A stretch of 64,000 bases of DNA from a bacterium (GCA_017541975.1 JAFXYB010000005.1:534-64533), one strand, 5' to 3'. Counted from the first letter of the stretch, positions 37,324 through 45,726 are shown. Numbers and translations are program-made. Notes: generated by a model from the sequence alone, not told the origin.

Positions 37324-40300
37324 TTAAGCAATAACTAAATTGATATTTAATGTTACTCTTACAGATGTGCCTTGACCAGCTCTAATCCAGTTACCACCAC
37401 TACCAGGGTTACCTAATGTGTAAGTTTGGAGAGTGATAGTGATTGGATATGTACCAGCAGCAGCTGTACCTGTGAGTTTGATACCATCAACGATTTGTGA
37501 TACATAAGTTAATCCGCAAAGTCCAACTGGAGTAATCATTACATTAGTAGCTGTGATTCCTTCAGGGAGTCCAGTGATAGTGTAAGATGGTTCATGAATT
37601 TGAACTTTAGATGGATCATATAAATCATTACCTTGAGTTAAGTATGGTGCGATTTCTTTAGCATAATCGTAAGTTACGATATCAGCTGCAGTTTCATCTT
37701 CTTTACGTTGCATCCAACCAGAGTTATTTACATTATAAGCAGCAGCTACAATAAATGATTTAGTCTTATTTTGATATGCATAGTAATTAGATGAGAATGT
37801 TAATCCGTCAGTATAGTTAACTGAATCGCTAGATACTTCTACGCCATCAGCAGTGATTGGGCTTACAGCTTTGATCTTGATAGTTGTTGGGAGGTTCTTA
37901 ATCCAGTGATCAGCAGTTGCAGTAGCAGTGATTTCAACTTCTTGACCTACTGTCATACTTGGAACTGATACAGCACCAGTAGAACCGTTTACAGATACAC
38001 CATTAGCAAATCTATAAGTTCTATCGCCTGTAGAAGCGTTAACTGTTAATGTTAGGTTAGGATTTGCATGAGTAGACTTAGTAACATATTGAGTTTGAGT
38101 TAATGCATCATTAGAATATGTTTCAGTGATTGTATAAGTTAGATAATTCCAAACAATTTTTGTAATAGAAGTCTTAGCTTGGTTCTTTGTTACAACTACT
38201 GTTTCAGCTGCAACAGCTTCATTAACATCTTCAGTTAGAGGATCGTCTTCAACAGCAGGAGTGATGATATAAGTGTAAGTGTAAGTAATAGTAGGTCTTC
38301 TACCACCTATACTATGTTCTTCTTCTACTGGATTTGGATCGAGTGTTTCATAGTTGTTAGCCTTTGGAAGTCTAGTCATATCAACTGGGAATGATACACC
38401 AGTGATTTGATAGTTAGCAGTTTCTGCACATGTTAATTCGACAGCTCCAGAAATACCAGCATAAGCTGTACCAGTGAGTGTTAACTCAGTCATACCATTG
38501 TTAATACACATAGAGTTAACTTCGTTGAAGATATCTCTAATAGCTGCAAGTCTCATTGCATAGTAATGAGATGGAGCAGCAACAGTACCATCTTTAACGT
38601 TTTGGTTTTGTGCATCTTCAGCTGGAACTAAACAGATACCTTTGCCATTACGAGCAGTGTTATCCCATTTACCCCAAGTGAATCCTGTAGGACCATATCC
38701 ATTCCAAGAACCCATGAGATATGTATCACCAGCACGTACTGATAAGTCTTGAGATACATATGATTTAGCCCATTGGTCGTTAACTGTACCACCTCTATAG
38801 CCCCATTGGTCATGCATTAACCATTGGTGAGATGCATAGTTATTAGTATTAACGATGAAACCAAGTCTGTTGAATGATGTCATAACGCCAGCCGTACCAT
38901 TCTTAACTACAGCTTCGAATGGTCTCATATAGATTTCACGGAAAGTTTGTTCTGTAGCGAATACAGATACACCACCTACGTTAGCACGACGATATTCTTG
39001 GTCATTACAGAAATAGTGTTTCCAGTAGCACATGATACCTTTAGAAGTAACACCTTTATCTACTGCAGTAGCAATCTTAGCAGCGAGTACGCCATCTTCT
39101 GAATAATATTCGAAGCAACGTCCATTGAAGCCAGTTCTATGAGTATCGATACCTCCACCTCTCCAACCAGTTGTTCCGTTGAGCATAGCTTGAGTACCGA
39201 GCATTTCGCCTTGTTGTTCAACGAGTTCAATGTTGAATGTAGAAGCTGTGATTGGGCAAGTTGACCAGTCAGCACCTTTACCAAATGTTACAGGGCCATC
39301 GTTACCAGTTAAACCTTTGTTGATAACTGGACCCTTAGCACTTGTATAGTAGCTTACTAATTGATCCCATGTTAAGCAGTTCATATAAGCATCCCACTTA
39401 TCATTTACAGCTTTTTCTTCAGCTGTCATAGTAGGATATTTAACTACGCCATTTTCAGTGTATGGTTCAACATAGTATGTACCAACGAGTTCATAGAATA
39501 AATCTTTTAGAGTCTTTCCTTCAGGAAGAGCTGCACCTTGAGTCCAAGTGTCTGGAATACCAGCTTCAGTTGCATACCAAGGTTGATCAGCATTATCCAT
39601 ATAAGGATAATAAGACCATTCAGCATCTAACATTTCTTTTTCATAGTCATTTAAAGTTCTATCTGCTAAATTAGTGTAAGCTGGTTGTTTAACACCACCT
39701 TCAACAGCACGACTTGACATATTTTTAAGTAAGTCAGCTCTTACTGTTCTGAAATCCATGAAGTCATCAATGAATACGTTCTTGATTTCTTGTCCACTTA
39801 CAGGGTCAATTGGGCATTTAATGTCAGCCTTAACGTTATAAGTAACAGAAAGTCTAGCATCATGAGAAGAATTTCTTAATGAGAGAACATAGTCACCAGC
39901 TTCAAGTTCCCAACCTTCGAAATTGTTTTTGTTAGCATCATTCCAGTCATAAGATGCTAGATCATGAGCGAGGATTTGAATTTCAACGATTTGAGATTCG
40001 CCTGGAGCTAAGAGTTTTGTCTTAGTGAAGCCAACTAATGCTGCAGAAGCTTTTTCAATTCCACCTTTAGTGTAAGGAGGGCAGTTGTAGAGTTGTACTA
40101 CATCTTTACCAGCTACGCTACCAGTATTAGTTACTTGAACTTTGATTGTGATATATTGTTGATCAGATTTGATTTCTAAATCTTTTGAACGACCAGCTAG
40201 TTGCCATTCAAATGTAGTGTAAGATAAACCACCACCAAATGGCATAGCTACAGTTTCAGCATAGAATTCTTCAGCTTCATCTTCTTTACCAGCTGCAACT

Positions 40301-41499
40301 AAATCATCGTATACAGTTTCATAATATCTATGACCCATGTAGATGCCTTCTCTATATTCAACGAGAGCGAACATAGATTGAGTTCCATCAGGATTACGGA
40401 AGAATGCATCAGCTCTGCCTTCGCCTTCAGCGTTTTGAGATTGTCTTGAAACGTTTGTGAAAGCTGGATCTTTGTTAACGTTTACCCACCAAGTGTCAGT
40501 AGATTTACCAGATGGATTTACTTTACCATCGATAATCTTAACAGCTGATAAGCAACCAACTTGTCCTACACCACCTACCCAGAGGATAGCGTCAGCGCCG
40601 AGTTCTTTCATTTCGCCTAAACTCATTGCATTTGAACTGTTTAAAACAACGATAACCTTATCAAAATATTGTTTAGCATGAGCGATTAAAGCTTTTTCAT
40701 TGTCTTGAAGATCGAGTTCAGTTTCGTCTTCGTCACTATGGCCAGGAGCAGCATGAGTTAATAAGTCATCGTTTTCAGTTCCAAATCTATGGAGAATAAC
40801 GATAGCTGCATCACTATAAGCACTATAAGTTGATACTACAGATGTTGAGAATGGTGCTAAATCTCCTTCTAAATATCTTTGAGAGACTTGTCCGCCAGCT
40901 GAAATAATTCTTTCATAAATGCTATGAACAGTAGGGTTCATAATAAATCCTTCTTCAGCGAAAGCGTTATCCCAATTGTATTGAGTGCCTTGATCATTTT
41001 GCTTAGCATTACCAGATCCACCACCAGAAACAACTATATCTTGAGATGCAATACCAAATACAGTGATCTTTCTATCAGCAGTGTCTAATGGAAGTACACC
41101 ATCATTGTATAGAAGTACTTGGCCTTCATCTGCAATTTGTCTGTTGATTAAATCTGCGATTGTGTCTGCTTCAGTCTTTGTTGCAGTTGCAGGATAGAAC
41201 TTACCAGCATTAGTCTTATAAAGACTAGTTTGAACACCAGGAACTGTGTAAGTAGGTTCATCAATAAGTTCTAATTCTGGAGTAGGGATTACGAATGCAT
41301 CCTTACCAGGGTCACCTTTGTCACCCTTTTCGCCTTTTTCACCTTGAGGACCTTGAGCGCCTGTTGCGCCTGGATCGCCTTTTTCACCTTTTTCACCAGC
41401 TGTGCCGCCACCGCAGCCTACTAATGTAGCGATTCCTAATACAAGAGCAAGAGTAAATAAAAGGCTAAGAAAAACTTTTAATGTGTTTCTTTTTTTCAT
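37324..41499 (-). CDS. Giant GH3 lipoprotein with N-terminal collagen-like stalk, permuted GH3 domains and a roughly 400-aa C-terminal extension
   Basis: I prefer ATG 41499 (MKKRNTLKVF..., AAGGAG 7 nt upstream) over the track start at 41541. Lipobox LVGC-GGG is followed by 11 G-X-Y triplets. GH3 C-domain motifs (QVLLYNDGVLPL, GGGSG, GKVNPSGKS) come next. These are followed by PFGGGLSYTTFEW, the Fn3-like domain (VQVTNTGSVAGKDVVQLY) and the GH3 N-domain (GFNGRCFEYYSEDG, KHYFCNDQE, MTSFNR). Confidence 0.85.
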   Translation of the reverse strand: MKKRNTLKVFLSLLFTLALVLGIATLVGCGGGTAGEKGEKGDPGATGAQGPQGEKGEKGDKGDPGKDAFVIPTPELELIDEPTYTVPGVQTSLYKTNAGKFYPATATKTEADTIADLINRQIADEGQVLLYNDGVLPLDTADRKITVFGIASQDIVVSGGGSGNAKQNDQGTQYNWDNAFAEEGFIMNPTVHSIYERIISAGGQVSQRYLEGDLAPFSTSVVSTYSAYSDAAIVILHRFGTENDDLLTHAAPGHSDEDETELDLQDNEKALIAHAKQYFDKVIVVLNSSNAMSLGEMKELGADAILWVGGVGQVGCLSAVKIIDGKVNPSGKSTDTWWVNVNKDPAFTNVSRQSQNAEGEGRADAFFRNPDGTQSMFALVEYREGIYMGHRYYETVYDDLVAAGKEDEAEEFYAETVAMPFGGGLSYTTFEWQLAGRSKDLEIKSDQQYITIKVQVTNTGSVAGKDVVQLYNCPPYTKGGIEKASAALVGFTKTKLLAPGESQIVEIQILAHDLASYDWNDANKNNFEGWELEAGDYVLSLRNSSHDARLSVTYNVKADIKCPIDPVSGQEIKNVFIDDFMDFRTVRADLLKNMSSRAVEGGVKQPAYTNLADRTLNDYEKEMLDAEWSYYPYMDNADQPWYATEAGIPDTWTQGAALPEGKTLKDLFYELVGTYYVEPYTENGVVKYPTMTAEEKAVNDKWDAYMNCLTWDQLVSYYTSAKGPVINKGLTGNDGPVTFGKGADWSTCPITASTFNIELVEQQGEMLGTQAMLNGTTGWRGGGIDTHRTGFNGRCFEYYSEDGVLAAKIATAVDKGVTSKGIMCYWKHYFCNDQEYRRANVGGVSVFATEQTFREIYMRPFEAVVKNGTAGVMTSFNRLGFIVNTNNYASHQWLMHDQWGYRGGTVNDQWAKSYVSQDLSVRAGDTYLMGSWNGYGPTGFTWGKWDNTARNGKGICLVPAEDAQNQNVKDGTVAAPSHYYAMRLAAIRDIFNEVNSMCINNGMTELTLTGTAYAGISGAVELTCAETANYQITGVSFPVDMTRLPKANNYETLDPNPVEEEHSIGGRRPTITYTYTYIITPAVEDDPLTEDVNEAVAAETVVVTKNQAKTSITKIVWNYLTYTITETYSNDALTQTQYVTKSTHANPNLTLTVNASTGDRTYRFANGVSVNGSTGAVSVPSMTVGQEVEITATATADHWIKNLPTTIKIKAVSPITADGVEVSSDSVNYTDGLTFSSNYYAYQNKTKSFIVAAAYNVNNSGWMQRKEDETAADIVTYDYAKEIAPYLTQGNDLYDPSKVQIHEPSYTITGLPEGITATNVMITPVGLCGLTYVSQIVDGIKLTGTAAAGTYPITITLQTYTLGNPGSGGNWIRAGQGTSVRVTLNINLVIA
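41299..41397 (-). repeat. Collagen-like G-X-Y x11 coding repeat
   Basis: Encodes GEKGEKGDPGATGAQGPQGEKGEKGDKGDPGKD immediately after the lipobox. Confidence 0.9.
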
Positions 41500-41544
41500 T
41501 TTTTTCTCCTTTTTGTATTTGTAGAATGTTTCTACCTTCAAGAT

Positions 41545-41553
41545 ATTCTATCA
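41545..41553 (-). promoter_or_regulatory. Candidate extended -10 (TGATAGAAT) for the collagen-GH3 gene
   Basis: It lies 30 nt downstream of the sense-oriented box CAGTTCGTGATG. This geometry matches box-29 nt-TAAAAT (within TGATAAAAT) at the LytTR operon. The palindrome GTAGAA-TGT-TTCTAC (41521..41535) follows in the 5' UTR. Confidence 0.4.
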
Positions 41554-41580
41554 ATTCTAAATACTTTAAAAAATAGAGCA

Positions 41581-41656
41581 CATCACGAACTGCATTTATA
41601 CAGCATAAAAAGAGTATCATCTTCAATTCGTGTTGTGAAATTAACATTTCATGATA
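41581..41656. promoter_or_regulatory. Three copies of a 12-bp box (CAnTTCGTGATG), a candidate LytTR regulator binding site, upstream of the collagen-GH3 gene
   Basis: Plus strand: CAATTCGTGTTG (41624..41635) and CATTTCATGATA (41645..41656), exactly 21 bp apart. Minus strand: CAGTTCGTGATG (41592..41581). Confidence 0.6.
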
Positions 41657-41680
41657 TTTAATTTTTGAATAATTTATGGA

Positions 41681-41722
41681 GAAAAATAAAAAAGAGAGCA
41701 TTCAAATGTGAATGCATCTCTT
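41681..41722 (-). terminator. Intrinsic terminator after the histidine kinase gene
   Basis: Minus-strand RNA forms AAGAGAUGCAUUCA-CAUU-UGAAUGCUCUCUU (one bulge) followed by UUUUAUUUUUC. Confidence 0.75.
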
Positions 41723-41739
41723 ATCTTTTTAGAAACGTT

Positions 41740-43024
41740 TTATTCGTTTAAAGGGAAGATTATATCGAGAATAAATCTATCATCTAAAGTCTTGAAACTA
41801 ACACTGCCTTTATATTTATTTACAATAGACTGAATACTCTTAACACCATATCCGTGAATGTTTTTATCCTTCTTGATTGTTTGTGGAACACCATCAAACA
41901 TTTTTATTACACCAGAAAAATAATTCTCTTCGTGAATATTTATAAAATAGTTCTTCTTTGTGATTCTGATATCTATTACTCTTTTCTCCGCATTGTCCAC
42001 TTTATCTACAGCTTCAATTGCATTATCAAGAATGTTCCCAAATAGAGAATATATATCAGTTTCTTTAAATGGAGATAAGCAATCATTATCTGCCATACAT
42101 GTATAATATATGTTTTTCTTTTTACAAATAAAGCTTGTCCTTGTGAGAACAACATCAAGAGCTGGATTATTGGTTCTTACTATCGCATCATAAGTCTCTA
42201 CAGCTTCACTTATTTCTTGCGATAAAAGTTCTTTTTGATCTGCCTCAAAGTTTTCAATTTGATGTTTCAAATCGTGGAATTTAATGTTCATTAAATCGAT
42301 AACCGATTTTTCATATGAATATTGTTCTTTGGATTTCTTAAGAATTTCTTTAATATTGTCTCTTTCTATCTCATTGTTTTTGGCTTTTAAAGTCGCCATT
42401 TCATAAAGAATAATAACTAATACAAGCAAGATTACAAAGATATTATAACAAACCCGAAGCATTTCACTGCCTTCTCTTAAGAACCTTGAGAAAACAAGAT
42501 TCAATATAATAGTGGCGATTATTGCAAAAATAGAAATTACAATCGTTGACCTTCTATTAACTAATTAAATAGCACAAATCAAACTTCTTGAGAGAAAAAT
42601 AAACAATGATGAATGCCAAAACTATTATTCCGAAATAAAGAAGATAATAAAAGACTGGCGATGTTCCTTCAGGAAATTTGCCAGATGAATATGAATAAAT
42701 CTTTTGGCAAATGAATTGTATACAGTAACCAAATGTTCCTGCAAATAAAGAGCTAAAGAAATCGCATTTATAGCATATTGGTATGGTCCCAACTACGAAG
42801 AATATTAGCAGTGTAAAACCTAACATTGCAAAATACAATCTAATATCTCTATCAAAGATAGTCAATAACTGATTGAAATATAAATATCTAAAAACGCATA
42901 CAAGGCCATAACAAGCAATGCATCTCAATAAAAAATATGATCTTTTTTCTTGTTCCTTGCAAATAAAATATGCAAAGAAAACTATTAGAAAGTTGTTTAT
43001 AAAATCTTGAGCTAAACTATTCAT
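41740..43024 (-). pseudogene. AgrC/HPK10-type sensor histidine kinase (polytopic membrane domain plus GHKL ATPase) split by a frameshift
   Basis: ORF 42557..43024 encodes only the TM helices. ORF 41740..42504 (TTG start inside a TM helix) carries the H-box FHDLKHQIENF, the N-box LFGNILDNAIEAV and the G-box GYGVKSIQSIV. The downstream frame stays open upstream to LVNRRSTIVISIFAIIATIILNLVF, right up to the stop of the first ORF. The frames differ by 1 nt. Confidence 0.65.
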
Positions 43025-43026
43025 AA

Positions 43027-43734
43027 TCAGTTACCACTTAATTCATAATTTTGGAGAGCATCTAAGAATTCTTTCTTTCTTGTTCTTCCAACCCATAATT
43101 TGTCTTTACCGACAACTATGTAATCATTTTCAATTTTAGAAACACTTCTCAAATTGACTAGATAACTTCTACTACATTTACAGAAAAGATCACTTGGAAG
43201 AATCTTTTCAACTGATTTCATTGTTCCGTATGCTTCATAGTTTCCTTCAGATGTATGATAAATGATTTTGTGTACATCAATTTCAACATAATTGAGTGAA
43301 TGAACATCAATTCTTAATAAACCAGTATTTACTGGAATTGTAATGTGTTTTTTTGAACTTTTTTCTCTTTCGGCAATAATCTTATCAAGCTTTATTTTTA
43401 AAGAACCATAAACAATTGGTTTTAGAATATAATCAAAAGCATTAAATTCATATCCTCTTATTGCATATTTTGCAAGCAAGGTAATGAAAATGAGGGTTAC
43501 ATCCTTATCTATCTCTCTCAACTTTTTAGATGCCTCGAATCCATTCATCTTAGGCATATCAACATCCATAAACACAATGTCAAAAATAGGTTTATATTCT
43601 AGCACAAATTCTGCACCATTTTTAAACCTCGTGGTATGATATTCAAACTTTTTTTCTTTTGAATATTTTTCTAAGTACTCTTCAAGTTGCTCAACAAAAG
43701 TATCTTCATCTTCAACTATAGCAATATTATACAT
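43027..43734 (-). CDS. LytTR/AlgR-family response regulator (REC plus LytTR DNA-binding domain)
   Basis: The REC domain has DIVFMDVDMPKMNG. The C-terminal LytTR domain has YVEIDVHKIIYHT...CSRSYLVNL. Confidence 0.9.
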   Translation of the reverse strand: MYNIAIVEDEDTFVEQLEEYLEKYSKEKKFEYHTTRFKNGAEFVLEYKPIFDIVFMDVDMPKMNGFEASKKLREIDKDVTLIFITLLAKYAIRGYEFNAFDYILKPIVYGSLKIKLDKIIAEREKSSKKHITIPVNTGLLRIDVHSLNYVEIDVHKIIYHTSEGNYEAYGTMKSVEKILPSDLFCKCSRSYLVNLRSVSKIENDYIVVGKDKLWVGRTRKKEFLDALQNYELSGN

Positions 43735-43760
43735 AAGAACCCCTTATAACATTTATTTAG

Positions 43761-43799
43761 GTTTTAAGTAAAAGTTTTAAGCAAAAGTTTTAAGTAAAA
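43761..43799. repeat. 13-bp tandem repeat x3 (GTTTTAAG[T/C]AAAA) in the leader of the LytTR operon
   Basis: GTTTTAAGTAAAA (43761..43773), GTTTTAAGCAAAA (43774..43786) and GTTTTAAGTAAAA (43787..43799). Confidence 0.9.
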
Positions 43800-43818
43800 A
43801 TATTACCATCTATAAATT

Positions 43819-43827
43819 ATTTTATCA
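43819..43827 (-). promoter_or_regulatory. Candidate extended -10 (TGATAAAAT) of the LytTR operon
   Basis: On the minus strand, TGATAAAAT spans 43827..43819. Its TAAAAT hexamer begins 29 nt downstream of the promoter-proximal box, which ends at 43854. Confidence 0.4.
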
Positions 43828-43853
43828 TTTTAAATAATTTAAAACACAATATG

Positions 43854-43929
43854 TATCATGAAACGAGTGTTTTACAACACGAATGAATAATTTACGCATT
43901 TCGTGATGCAAAAATGACATTTCGTGATG
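43854..43929. promoter_or_regulatory. Four copies of the same 12-bp box arranged as two divergent 21-bp-phased pairs upstream of the LytTR operon
   Basis: Plus strand: CATTTCGTGATG at 43897..43908 and again at 43918..43929. Minus strand: TCATTCGTGTTG (43886..43875) and CGTTTCATGATA (43865..43854). The minus-strand pair TTCGTGTTGT-N10-TTTCATGATA is identical in both half-sites and spacing to 41627..41656. Confidence 0.65.
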
Positions 43930-43995
43930 TGAAATGACAAAATTTGAATAAGATTTTGAAAATTAATAATTTAGAATAATGAACTATTGATATTT

Positions 43996-44610
43996 TTAGA
44001 AAGGAAAGGTATAAAGTATTCTTCCAAGTCTTATGAAAGTTGTACCACATTTAAGAGCAATTTTATAGTCATCACTCATACCCATAGAAAGTTCAGAAAG
44101 ATGATATTTTTCTTTCAAATAATTAGCTCTCTCAAAAACGGTTGTTGTCTCTTCTACTGTGTATGTGGCATCACTCATTGCCATAAAACCTATGACGTTT
44201 ATATTTTTGAACTCTTTTATTTTTTCCATAAAAGAATCTAATTCTTCTTCTCTAACACCGTTCTTTGTGGTGGAAGTTGTTAAGTGAAGTTCTACAAAAC
44301 ACTTAAGTGGAGCTTTTCTTTTTTCATTGATGATTTTTGCAAGCTCTATTGAATCAAGAGAATGCAGATAATCGATTTCATTAATTACTTTTGATGCTTT
44401 ATTCTTTTGTAGGTGCCCAATAAAATGCCAAGTTATATTTAAATCCTTTAATTCATTTTTCTTTTTTAAGAATGAATCTACTCTATTTTCACCAAAGTTG
44501 TTTATTCCATAGTTAAAAAGAGAACGCATCTTCTCACAATCAATATATTTGGTTGCAGCAACAAGCACCACACCCTTTGTTTCTTCTCTAATTTTTTCAA
44601 TATTATTCAT
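43996..44610 (-). CDS. yggS: YggS-family PLP-binding homeostasis protein
   Basis: VAATKY (PLP lysine), FGENRV, WHFIGHLQKNK and SMGMSDDYKIA..GTTFIRLG. Confidence 0.85.
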   Translation of the reverse strand: MNNIEKIREETKGVVLVAATKYIDCEKMRSLFNYGINNFGENRVDSFLKKKNELKDLNITWHFIGHLQKNKASKVINEIDYLHSLDSIELAKIINEKRKAPLKCFVELHLTTSTTKNGVREEELDSFMEKIKEFKNINVIGFMAMSDATYTVEETTTVFERANYLKEKYHLSELSMGMSDDYKIALKCGTTFIRLGRILYTFPF

Positions 44611-45016
44611 TTAATATTTCGTCAATTTTTTTAAATATTTCATTCTCATCAGTATATCCGTAGATTTTGAAGAATGAATCACCAGTCAGCATTGCCGATA
44701 ACTGAGTTTTAGATTTATTGTAGAAGATATATGATTTGATGTTTAATTTTTCCGCAAAGGCAAGCTCATAGCCAACACCAAGGGATGGACATGTGCATTC
44801 AGCAATTAAGATATCTGATTGTTTCATAAATTCGATATCTCTCTCATAAATCTCTTTATCTTTATCTCTACCATTTTTAAGGATGCTTAAGGATATATCT
44901 CCAACATGTTCAGTGAGGACAATATGACCTTTTTCTTTTAAATAATTGATTATTTTTTTATAGAGATTGGCATCTACTCTTCCACCTCTAATCGATCCTG
45001 CAAAATAAATATTCAT
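44603..45016 (-). CDS. DNPH1/Rcl-like 2'-deoxynucleoside 5'-phosphate N-hydrolase (nucleoside 2-deoxyribosyltransferase superfamily)
   Basis: IYFAGSIRGGR, VLTEHV, PSLGVGYEL and LSAM match the Rcl/DNPH1 signature blocks. Confidence 0.75.
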   Translation of the reverse strand: MNIYFAGSIRGGRVDANLYKKIINYLKEKGHIVLTEHVGDISLSILKNGRDKDKEIYERDIEFMKQSDILIAECTCPSLGVGYELAFAEKLNIKSYIFYNKSKTQLSAMLTGDSFFKIYGYTDENEIFKKIDEILNE

Positions 45017-45018
45017 GA

Positions 45019-45726
45019 TTACTCTTTAAAAATTTCTATCTCTTCATTAGTTAGAAGTCTTGCCTCTCCTTCCTTTAAGTTTTCATCAAGTTTGATATCT
45101 CCGAAAGATATTCTTTTTAAGGATGTAATAGTATTAGAAAAATATGCAAACATCCTTCTAATTTCGTGATATTTTCCTTCAGTTATTGTGATAATGCCTG
45201 TGGTTTTTGTGAAAAATTCAACTTTACATGGTTTTGTGGCTAGACCATCTTTTAAGGTAATTCCATTTTCTAGTTTTTCGATTGAAGATGTTTTAAAAGG
45301 TTCTTTGAGTTCAAAATAATACGATTTTTCTACATGGTTTTTTGGTGATAACCTTTTATGAGCTGAAGCACCATCATTTGTGATAATTAAGAGTCCAGTT
45401 GTATCCTTATCGAGTCTGCCACATGGGAATAAATCTTTTCTTATGAACTCTTTAGGCAGGATATCAATAACTGTTTTATTTTCTTTATCATCGGTTGATG
45501 ATACAACACCTAGAGGTTTATTTAGCATGATGTAGATATACTTTTCTAAAGAAACTTGGTTTCCTTTATACATAACGATATCATCTTCACTTACTTTGAT
45601 ATCTTGATCAGAAATAATATCACCATTTACTGTGACATCTTTAGCTTTAACAGCTTTTTTAAAATCCTTTCTAGATAGTATACAGTTATTTGAAAATATC
45701 TTATCTAATCTTTCCATAAACACCAT
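45019..45726 (-). CDS. rsuA: RsuA/RluB-family pseudouridine synthase (S4 domain plus catalytic Asp)
   Basis: An N-terminal S4-like domain, the catalytic motif GRLDKDTTGLLIITNDG, and GKYHEIRRMF. Confidence 0.8.
   Translation of the reverse strand: MVFMERLDKIFSNNCILSRKDFKKAVKAKDVTVNGDIISDQDIKVSEDDIVMYKGNQVSLEKYIYIMLNKPLGVVSSTDDKENKTVIDILPKEFIRKDLFPCGRLDKDTTGLLIITNDGASAHKRLSPKNHVEKSYYFELKEPFKTSSIEKLENGITLKDGLATKPCKVEFFTKTTGIITITEGKYHEIRRMFAYFSNTITSLKRISFGDIKLDENLKEGEARLLTNEEIEIFKE

Noticed and set aside
32660-41499. An apparently higher G+C content and different codon flavour in the GH3/CBM gene block, taken as evidence of horizontal transfer.
   Set aside because: This is an impression by eye only. 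I cannot compute composition here. The same flavour is seen in the other large secreted proteins (3582..9601), so it may reflect amino-acid composition or expression level rather than foreign origin.
41465-41701. A 78-aa minus-strand ORF upstream of and overlapping the collagen-GH3 start, considered as a possible AgrD/ComC-like pheromone precursor for the LytTR system.
   Set aside because: It begins inside the kinase terminator hairpin and runs across the regulatory boxes into the GH3 signal peptide in another frame. It has no SD and no double-glycine or AgrD-like processing motif.
43851-43890. Tiny plus-strand ORFs (MYHETSVLQHE and MKRVFYNTNE), and MEKNKKESIQM at 41676..41711, near the LytTR boxes, considered as signalling peptides.
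   Set aside because: They are 10-11 codons long, have no SD, and overlap the box motifs themselves. Such ORFs are expected by chance in AT-rich DNA, and nothing supports translation.
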